This document shows, in pieces, positions 54,598 through 64,000 of a stretch of DNA of 64,000 nt. This DNA comes from Octopus vulgaris. Its lineage: Eukaryota. The stretch spans positions 89,962,001 to 90,026,000 of the forward strand of contig OX597824.1 of NCBI GenBank assembly GCA_951406725.2. The letters run 5' to 3'. The notes under the pieces are model-generated. The model ran no database searches. It was given only the letters and a program-made list of their open reading frames with translations, and was not told the DNA's origin. A program made the translations under genes and the position numbers. The stretch's first letter is position 1, and every line of letters begins with the position of its first letter.

Positions 54598-54927
54598 TTC
54601 AAATCAGGATAGATTTTTGCTGTAAAAAGTCAATTTTCATATTCTTCTAGGAATTTAATACATGCTATTAAATGTCAAGAATATAATGAAGATTACATAG
54701 GTCAAACAAAGCTTACTCTAAGAAACAGACTGACCATTCACTGACAACAAATACGGGACCCTGGTATTAGACAGATTCCACTTAGTGGACACATAGACAT
54801 ATGTCCAAAAAATAAGTCCCCCAAATTGCAGGTCTTCCCACTGTACATATGTTCGGCAAATACCACAGATGAAACATGGATGAACAAAGAAAATACTTTC
54901 ATACTAAAGTACAAACCAGCACTTTAA
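54598..54927 (+). pseudogene. GIY-YIG endonuclease of a Penelope-like element, with two in-frame stops
   Basis: Manual translation: FKSG*IFAVKSQFSYSSRNLIHAIKCQEYNEDYIGQTKLTLRNRLTIH*QQIRDPGIRQIPLSGHIDIC...ENTFILKYKPAL*. Absent from the ORF track. Confidence 0.85.
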
Positions 54928-55505
54928 CAGAGTACATACACAAATGACTATTCACATAAAAATCTCATTCTGCCAATTATCATGAGGAACCCATGAAGCT
55001 AACAACCTAAACTTTAGCCACTGGACTACACACAAACGACTCCTGTCCACTCTCCCACCAGACAGATTAAATTTGGAGTGCCTTGATTATAAGTAAACGT
55101 GTTCACTCAACCATGGTTGGCTTTCTTTTTAGGCGCAAATTATACTGTCATGTGACACTAATGCACGGACAAAAGGTTATAAACTTAATCATGAGTTCGT
55201 TCCCTACAAACACTTGACAGAAAACATTCAGAGCATTGATTGTTTGGACTTGTGCAGTCATCCGTGCCAGCCTTAACTTACAACGCCAAACATTGTCACT
55301 TGATACTAACACACCGATATAGTGGGGGAACCTACAAAAATTTCTAAGACCAATCAGGTGACTATCCTCTACCAATCAAATCCTATTCAAAACAGATACT
55401 AATTTGAGCCATGAACTCCCTATAAAATAGGGCAAGCTTCAAACACTTCAAAACAAGCTTCAGAAGCAAAACAGTTGCGACATAAGCCACGTCTTTCTAT
55501 TTGAA

Positions 55506-55544
55506 CTTTTTGAAAATCAGTGCAAACTGAGAAACCGGTTAAAG
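55506..55544 (+). ncRNA. Decayed minimal hammerhead at the 3' end of the Penelope remnant
   Basis: CTTT-TTGAAAA-TCAGT-GCAA-ACTGA-GAAA-CCGG-TT-AAAG: stems intact, core two changes from CUGAAGA. Confidence 0.55.
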
Positions 55545-55675
55545 CTTCAGATATATTAATAATAAAAGATATTTTATCTATTCTCAGTGCATTGTCAACT
55601 TGTATTTTTCCAATATTTCTACCCCTGTAAAATAAAATAGCTTTGTGTTATATATGTGTATATATCTATATATAC

Positions 55676-56078
55676 CAGGGACGTACCACTTACATAGGCA
55701 AGGTAGGCAGTGCCTACCTTGAATAAAATAGATCAATAGCAACATTCTCTTTTTATGACAAAATGTGCACCTAATTCAATAAAATTATGAAGGTTACTCT
55801 GATTACTCTGCATAAAATGCAAAATATTTCATTTCTTTTGTAGATTAGGTAGGCATAATACGCCCCTGCTTTTCAATCTCAGTATTTAAGCTGTGCATAA
55901 TACTGCTGTAGTACACATGCTGCATACACTCCTACAACAATGTTTTCTTTACATGCTATAAAGGTAGAAATAGATTTGCCTTCAACTCAGTCGTGTGCCT
56001 GTATTTTGCTTATTTTTTTATGTGTTTTACTACATAAAGGTCACCAATTGCCTACCCTGAGTAATTACTGATGGCCTG
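55676..56078. mobile_element. Possible hAT-like MITE
   Basis: CAGGGACGT...GATGGCCTG ends with repeated GCCTACC subterminal motifs. Confidence 0.4.
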
Positions 56079-56296
56079 ATATATATATTTACAGGTATAT
56101 ATTTACATATATCAGGCCCAGTCAGAAACACTGCCAAATCTGACTGGGCCTGATGAAGCCTTCTGGCTTCACAGACCCCAGTTAAACCGTCCAACCCATG
56201 CTAGCATGGAAAACGGACGCTAAATGATGATGATGATGATATATATATGTGTGTGTGTGTGTGTGTTCTGATATTTATATATATATAATATATATT

Positions 56297-56340
<44 letters not shown>

Positions 56341-56462
56341 TTCTGATATTTATCATCATCATCGTTTAATGTCCGTTTTCCATGCTACCATGGGTTGGAC
56401 GGTTTGACTGAGACCTGAGAAGGTCCGACTGGGATCAGTTTGTATGTATGTATGTATGTATG

Positions 56463-57157
56463 TCACTTTTTTTTTTTAATTATTATAAATCTTCCACTGA
56501 GGAGGGCACCAGTTTCCAACAAAGATACAAGGCTCCATCTTTGGGATGTAGTTAAAACAGACAAATTCACATTTGGAACTTGAGAAAAGTCTTGCATATT
56601 TTTACTGTTCCACTTGTATGCTGAGTGCTTTTCATCCAGGTCTTCTCTGAGGTAAAAGAGCCCAGCTGTTCTGGGGCTGTATAAGAGATCATCTGGAAGA
56701 GAGTGTTTCTTGAGGAACTCACTGCCAACCCGTACAATGTTGCTCGCTTCACTTTTCAGCACTGCTTTTATATATTTATTTTTGCTGCTCTTGTTTAGCA
56801 GATGCTGCCTGAGTGATACCATACAGCATTCCAAGGCCGTCTGCACCGATCTCAGGCCTCTACCACCTTCATTTCTTCTTAGGTAGAACCTGTCAACATC
56901 ACTGTTTCTGTGGAAGTTCCTAGTTGTTGTCAGGATTTTATGAGTTTTGATATCTATGGAGCGGATTTCCTCTACAGACCAATGAAGAATCCCAAATGTT
57001 GGGATCAGCACTGGCACTGCAAATGCATTGTGGGATATTGTTTTGTTGCAAGAGGAGAGTTCCAACTGCCATATTTTCCTAAGTCTGATGTAATATTTTC
57101 GGGTCACTCTATCTTTATTCACAGTGCCTTCATATAATACATTTTCATCAATGCCTA
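56463..57157 (-). mobile_element. R4/Dong-clade non-LTR element, 5'-truncated and internally deleted
   Basis: IGIDE...RLRKIWQLELSSCNK...AVPVLIPTFGILHW...DIKTHKILT...HRNSDVDRFYLRRNEGGRGL, then SGTVKICKTFLKFQM* in another frame and an A-rich end. (TACA)n on both sides. Confidence 0.8.
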
Positions 57158-57500
57158 TGTATGTATGTATGTATGTATGTATGTATGTATGTATGTATGT
57201 ATGTATGTGTGTGTACATGCACGCACCTATGCATGCACCTATGTATGTATGTATGTAAGCATGCATATATGTATGTATGCATGTATGTATGTATCCATGT
57301 ATGTATGCATGTATGCATGCATATATGTATGTATGTATGTAAGCATGCATATATGTATGTTGAAATAAAATTAAAAATCTAGTTGATGAAATTAGCTGGT
57401 AAATGTCTTGGGAAGTGAATGAACATCACAAATTCATATATGACTTCTCAACAACTTGAAAAACAAGAACATAATCATAGTGAAAAAATATAAAAAGATA

Positions 57501-57908
57501 ATTCTGTTGTGTCTGGGGAGAGTCATTTTCTTCTTGTGCCTTATTATTTAACACACTCACCGGTAAAATTTCCACTTTTTTTTCTTATGTTTAACGTGAC
57601 AGTCCCGTATGAGATTTACACCACCGCTGTTTAGCCCTAGGAAGCATCGAACGCTTCCTAGGGCTAAACAGCGGTGGTGTAATTCCCATACGGGACTGTC
57701 ACGTTAAGTTGACAGTATACAACCACACTATCACTCCACCACCGCTCATGTCTCTATGAGATATTTAGAAATTTAATATTTCTGATTTCTTATTTTTATT
57801 GTCCTAAAAGTGGAAATTTTTATTGTCATAAAAGGGGAAATTTTACCGGTGAGTGTGTTGAATAATAAGGCATAAAAAGAAAATGACTCTCCCCAGACAC
57901 AACAGAAT
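57501..57908. mobile_element. Fold-back element with ~73-bp inverted arms enclosing a second palindrome
   Basis: Arms 57501-57573 and ~57836-57908. Inner palindrome 57591-57707. Confidence 0.85.
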
Positions 57909-58454
57909 ATGCTTCAACACACGAACTCATATTAAGAATCTTGCAAACCAAATCCAAAAACGAGATATAAAAAGATAAATTAAAGTCGAACACTCAGGAA
58001 AATTCGATTGGTAATCACTAGAGATCTTATGAAACAGAAGTCGCATATTTTCGTTTGTTCAGCATTGAAACCTCCAAGGCTAAAACGATGTCTAGTTTAT
58101 TTGTCAAATGCATTCCATGCCATTTTTGCTTTTTTTTAATAATGCTGTTGGTAAGAAAAACGAACAGCACAGCTTCCCATTTCTCTTTTCTGTCTACCTG
58201 AAAGTATATTGAGGTTAGTGTGTATAAGGTAGTAAACGAAAAAAACTAGGTTGATGTGATTCAGTCTGTGAGACCAGCTGGTAGGTGTCTCTTTGTGACC
58301 CAGAACAGTGGCTCTCATTGTGCAATGTAAACAGATTGGCAATTGTTATTCTGTGAAGGTGACAAGTGCTTTTCACACAAGTATCAGTCAGGAACACAGC
58401 TTTCTAAACATGAAAGACACTTCTTTCATTAAAAACCTATCTATGTCTCCAACT

Positions 58455-59140
58455 CTGTTACATTACATAGCCCACTGTACATTACTTTGTAACAGATCAC
58501 TGTGTCACTTTGTAACATAACCTGTTGTGTGTCACACTGTAACACAGACCACTGTGTCACTTTGTAACATAGCCCATTGTACATTATCTTGTAACACAGA
58601 TCAGTGTCACTTTGTAACATAGCCCATTGTACATTACTTTGTAACACAATGTCACTTTGTACCATAACTTGTATGTCACTCTGTAACACAGGCCACTGCG
58701 TCACTTTGTAACATAGCCCACTGTACATTACTTTGTAACTCAGATCAGTGTCTCTTTGTAACATAAACTGTTGTATGTCACTCTGTAACACAGGCCACTG
58801 CGTCACTTTGTAACATAGCCCACTGTACATTACTTTGTAACTCAGATCAGTGTCTCTTTGTAACATAAACTGTTGTATGTCACTCTGTAACACAGGCCGC
58901 TGCGTCACTTTGTAACATAGCCCACTGTACATTACTTTGTAACTCAGATCAGTGTCTCTTTGTAACATAAACTGTTGTATGTCACTCTGTAACACAGGCT
59001 ACTGCATCACTTTATAACATAGCCCATTGTACATCACGTTGTAACTCAGATCACTGTGTCACTTAGTAACATAACCTGTTGTATGTCACACTGTAACACA
59101 AACCATTGTGTCTCTTTGTAACATGGTCCATTGTATGTCA
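58455..59140. repeat. Minisatellite with 102-bp higher-order unit
   Basis: GTAAC-initiated 27/23/27/25-bp subunits. Higher-order units start at 58708, 58810 and 58912. Confidence 0.9.
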
Positions 59141-59974
59141 CAGCCAACTGTGTTAACCATTCCTGTATGTCACACGTTATCACTAATCAATCCGTGTTAC
59201 TGAGTATCAACATCTCCACTCACTTCTGAATCATATCTTGGTTGGTAGACATAAAGTGTTACCTCACTTAACTCTGGTATTTGGCCCTGAGAAGAGGGAC
59301 CTCTAGCAGAGCCACACTGATGTAAACAGTCACACCAAATCTCTGGTCAGAAGGTAATTTGTGACATTAATGTGCCATTTTCTGCTTTAGTAATTCGTGG
59401 GTCCTGGTTCCTTCCTCCTTTACTGCCACAAGGGTCAGTGGGGAGAGGTCCTTCCTTCATTGACTCCTGTTTTTCTGTTGTTGCTATTTTCTAACTCCTG
59501 ATCAGCACTCACTGAACAGATCTGAGATGAAAGACATTCCAGTTGTGACCACTTATCTTTTTTTTAGTGGCATGTCTAGTCTACATTAAACACACACACA
59601 TGCAATGGGCTTCTTTCAGTTTCTGTTTACTAAATCCATCACAAGGCTTTGGTCACCTCATGGCTATAGAAGACACTTGCCCAAGGTGCCACGTAGTGGG
59701 ACTGAACTCAGAACCATGTGGTTTGGAACCAAACATTTTGCTACTCAGCCATACTTGCAACTATGGTTTTTCAAAACTGAGGGAGATTTGGGTGCTATTT
59801 CTTGGAGCAAGTCAAGCAGTCACAAAAAGATTTCTTCATTGTAATTGTTGTCTCTCAGTCCATGCCAATTCTTATTAGATAGATCTGATTAAAGATGCTC
59901 CAACCATGACAATCCTAGCTTATTTTCATGAAAAGTCTGTCTGAATTATATCATCAAATCTTTTCTCATTTATC

Positions 59975-60620
59975 TTTTACCAGTTTCACTCATTGGACTG
60001 TGGCCATGCTGGGGCACTGCCTTGAAGGGTTTAATTGAACAAATCAACCCCAGTACTTATTTATTTTTTAAGTCTGATATTTGTTCTATCAATCTCTTTT
60101 GCTGAACTGCTAAGTTACAGTGTTGTATACAAACTAACACCAGTTGCCATGCAGTGAAGACAGACAAACATGAAAACACACACACTCATGGATATAAACA
60201 TACATACATACATACATGTATGTATGCATACATTCACACACAGTGGGCTTCTTTCAGTTTCCTTCTTGCCAATGCACTCACAAGGCTTTGGTTGGCTGAG
60301 AGCTATTGTAAAAGGCACCTGCCCAAGGTGTCTCACAGTGGGACTGAACTCAAGACCTCGTGGCTTGAATTCAAGCTTCTCAACAACATAGCCACATCTA
60401 TGCATGCAGCTAATTCTTTTATTTGTTTCGGTCATTTGCCTGCGGCCATGCTGGAGCACTGCCTTTCGTCGACCCCAGGACTTATTCTTTGTAAGCCTAG
60501 TACTTATTCTATCAGTCTCTTTTGCCAAACTGCTAAGTTATGGGGACATAAACACACCAACATCAGTTGTCAAGCAATGGTGAGGGGACAAACACAGACC
60601 GCAAACACACTCACACACAC
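59975..60620 (-). mobile_element. Two SINE A copies (one full, one tail half)
   Basis: Reverse complement of family A motifs. Confidence 0.75.
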
Positions 60621-60792
60621 ATACATATATATGCGTGTGTAACACACGGTTACTACATGTGTCTGTACTCTTCTAAGACTTTGTAATACTTTTGAATAAA
60701 TAGACACACTGGAACGTCTACAGCTGATGTATACAATGTCTGTTCATGTGTCTGTACCTCTTGAATAAATAGACTCCGTTTTCTCTTATTTG

Positions 60793-60839
<47 letters not shown>

Positions 60840-60842
<3 letters not shown>

Positions 60843-61146
60843 AAATGGGACAAGAACGCAAAACATCCGGACGACCAGGTGATACAAAAAGGGACAACAA
60901 AACATCCAGACAGACGATACAAAGTAAACAAGGACAGGTCATTCAAAGTTTTCTATCTTCAGTCAAGAACTGGATCATCCTCACAATTTCGGCTGATTAT
61001 TCTTGAGATTGCTCCAATCTGGCCAGCCCCAAGGAAAAACTAAGCTAAGAGTGTTAGATTCCTTGGAAGAAAACGTCGAATGTATATAAAAACAAGGACA
61101 GAAAAAACAATGTTACACAAATATAAATACAATAAAAATAATAACA
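60840..61146 (-). mobile_element. Probable Penelope-like terminal fragment in (TA)n
   Basis: CCGAAA and CTGAAGA motifs, T-rich segment, (TA)n on both sides. Confidence 0.4.
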
Positions 61147-61764
61147 ATATATATATATATATATATACGATGGGCTACTTCCAATGTCTGTCCATCAAAT
61201 CTGCTCACAAGGCTTTGATTGGCCCAAGGTTATAGCAAAAGACACTTGTCCAAGATGCCATGCAGTGGGACTGAACCCGGAACCATATGGTTGGGAAGCA
61301 AGCTTCTTTTTGTTATTTGGTTTTCTTTTTAAAATGTAGAGTGTGGTTTGATGGAGATTTGGCTACTATTTCTAGCAGGCTGAGCGATTTCATGGAGCCT
61401 CCTGTCCTTGACTTTTTCTCTTCTTCTGTGTCTGTCAGTTCCATTTATCATGCAATGATACACTGCTCTGTGTGTTGCATAAAGCAGTGCAGTAACACAA
61501 GCCGTAACGCACCGATCCAACACCACCACTACCACTACTACCACCACCACCACATAGTAACAGTAATACAAACTGCAAAGTACCAAACGCTACCCCACAC
61601 TTGCCAACTCCGACCCCGCTACACCTTGCCATATGGCTTTCGGGGGGAAATAGTGTTGCAGATAACACTGTTACAGTAACTATGCCCATTGCTAGGTTTG
61701 TGTCAACACCTGCAACTAATTGCACCAGGTGCAGTTTTCTGGAATGCACTAATAACTGCAGGTA

Positions 61765-62255
61765 GTGATGATGATGATGATGATGATGGTGACGGTGGCG
61801 GAGGCGGTGGAGAAGCAACGCTTTATAAAGGTGATGGTGGTGATGATGGTGATGGTGGTTATGCTAGTGGTGGTGGAGAAGAAACGGTTTATAAAGTTGG
61901 TGGTGATGGTGGTGATGATGATTGTGGTGGTGGTGATGATGATGGTGGTGGCAGTGGTGGTGATGATGGTGGTGGTGGTGATGGTGATGATGATTGTGGT
62001 GATGGTGATGATGGTGGTGGTGGTGATGGTGATGATGGTGGTGGGGGAGAAGAAACGGTTTATAAAGGTGATGGTGGTGGTGGTGATGGTGATGATGGTG
62101 GTGGTGGTGATGGTGATGGTGGTGGTGGTTATGTGATGACGGTGGTTATGCTAGTGGTGGTGGAGAAGAAACGGTTTATAAAGGTGATGGTGGTGGTGGT
62201 GATGATGATTGTGGTGGTGGTGATGGTGATGGTGGTGGTGGTGGTGATGATGGTT
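61765..62255. repeat. (GGT/GAT)n microsatellite with four embedded GGAGAAGAAACGGTTTATAAAG-like units
   Basis: Directly visible. Confidence 0.9.
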
Positions 62256-62464
62256 AGGATGGTAACATTATATGTAGCTGATTTAAACTATGCTCCTTGC
62301 AAATATTACTGCTGCTATGAATGTGTTTACCACCAACAACAACAACAGCCTCAAATAATATATTAATAGTTACTCACTCTGTTAGAAATAACAGCCAAAT
62401 CACCTCTAAATAACACATTATGTAACCCTTTGCCTGTCCTAAGCATTTTCATAAATTTGTCCAT

Positions 62465-62852
62465 AGGCACTGGAATGGCTGTGTGGTAAGTAGCTTGCAT
62501 ACCAACCACATGGTTCCGGGTTCAGTCCCACTGTGTGGCACCTTGTGCAAGTGTCTTCTACTATAGCCATGGGCCGACCAAAGCCTTGTGAGTAGATTTG
62601 GTCGATGGAAACTGAAAGAAGCCCGATGTATACGTATATATATGTATATGTTTGTGTGTGTGTGTGTATATGTTTGTCCCCCCACCATCGCTTGACAACC
62701 AATGTTGTTGTGTTTACGTCCCTGTAACTTTGCAGTTTGGCAAAAAGAGACTACCGGGCTTACAAAGAAAAAATCCTGGGGGTCAATGATTTGTTTGACT
62801 AAAGGCAGTGCTCCAGCATGGCCGCAGTTTAAATGACTGAAACAAATAAAAT
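62465..62852 (+). mobile_element. SINE family A, full length
   Basis: Family A motifs. Confidence 0.85.
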
Positions 62853-63232
62853 AATAATCGTTCCTGTTTGTTTTCAGACTTTCACATAATTAGTCCTCGT
62901 TTCGTATGTTCTAACGAATAGAAAGCTTTTACTTTCGTAAGCTTCAAGTTGCTCTGGTGATTGAAAGAAAAACTGTCAACACATATCACCCATGAGGCAT
63001 GGATGCTGGGGAATGGCACATTGGATAATAGAGTCCTAGATACACCATTCTTTTATTTGTTTCAGTCACTTGACTGCAGCCATTCTGGAACATCGCTTTT
63101 AGTCAAACAAATCTACCCCAGGTCTTATTCTTTGTAAGCCTAGTACTTACACTATCAGGCTCATTTGCCGAACCGCTAAGTTACAGGGATGTAAACACAC
63201 ACACACATACACACAACATGTCTATGTATATT

Positions 63233-63465
63233 TATTTCTTTATTGCCCACAGGGGGCTAAACATAGAGGGAACAAACAAGGACAGACAAAGGAATTAAGT
63301 TGATTACATCGACCCCATTGCATAACTGGTACTTATTTAATCGACCCCGAAAGGATGAAAGGCAAAGTCGACCTCAGCAGAATTTGAACTCAGAATGTAA
63401 CAGCAGACGAAATACCACTAGGCATTTCACCTGGTGTGCTAACGATTCTGCCAGCTCATGGCCTT
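63233..63465 (-). mobile_element. Meta-domain SINE with 15-bp TSD
   Basis: ATGTCTATGTATATT on both sides. Confidence 0.85.
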
Positions 63466-63780
63466 ATGTCTATGTATATTAGTAACTCCTAATTAATTTC
63501 ATTCATATGTATAAAAATAGAACCAATATATATTTCTGTGAAATTCATTTTCATTAATTTATGAATTTATTCCTTTACAATAATAATAATTTTCGCTCAA
63601 GGCCAGCAATTTTGAGGGTAGGGAATAAGTCAGTTACGGGAAACTTCATGTTGGAATGAAATGAAAAGTTCAAGATCCAAGCAGTTCAAATTGGAAGTTA
63701 AGATAATTTGGAAGACCGCATCTCATTTGTTTTACCCTTTATTTTGGTTACTACGACTGGATGTCATTCCTGTTACCATA

Positions 63781-63941
63781 GGCATAGGAGTGGCTCTGTG
63801 GTAAGTAGCTTGCTTACCAACCACATGGTTCCGGGTTCAGTTCCATTGCATGGCACCTTGGGCAAGTGTCTCCTACTATAGCCATGGACTGACCAAAGCC
63901 TTGTGAGTGGATTTAGAGGACAGAAACTGAAAGAAGCTCGT

Positions 63942-63981
<40 letters not shown>

Positions 63982-64000
63982 TGTGTGTCTGTGTTTGTCC
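63781..64000 (+). mobile_element. SINE family A, cut by the window edge
   Basis: Head, core and microsatellite. Confidence 0.85.

Noticed and set aside
56145-56175. CTGATGA-AGCC-TTCT-GGCT (also CTGATGA near 5252)
   Set aside because: No GAAA box or stem I, and it lies within an RTE tail.
61689-62366. Gly/Asp-rich 225-aa ORF resembling a structural protein
   Set aside because: (GGT/GAT)n repeat open in several frames, with an internal frame switch near 62135.
62878-62936. Exon-like segment TTTTCAG...GTAAGC
   Set aside because: Stops in all three frames and no supporting context.

Overview
Repeat-saturated, AT-rich eukaryotic DNA with no confidently identifiable host gene. The repeat repertoire (CORE-like and Meta-domain tRNA SINEs, RTE tails, very dense microsatellites) suggests a coleoid cephalopod, probably Octopus (inference). 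Nearly all ORF-track entries are microsatellite or SINE artefacts. Recognisable protein remnants are all transposon-derived: a Tx1/L1 zf-RVT 3' end, an R4/Dong RT fragment, RTE and CR1 3' ends, a mariner C-terminus and a Penelope GIY-YIG endonuclease. The most interesting signal is a tRNA-headed SINE-like element carrying a minimal hammerhead ribozyme (2292-2566, minus strand), accompanied by a Penelope remnant and several decayed hammerheads. Other notable signals are three retroelements each embedded in a different microsatellite, nested fold-back elements, and a 144-bp tandem repeat whose units resemble exon-intron pairs. Repeat boundaries were read by eye and are approximate.
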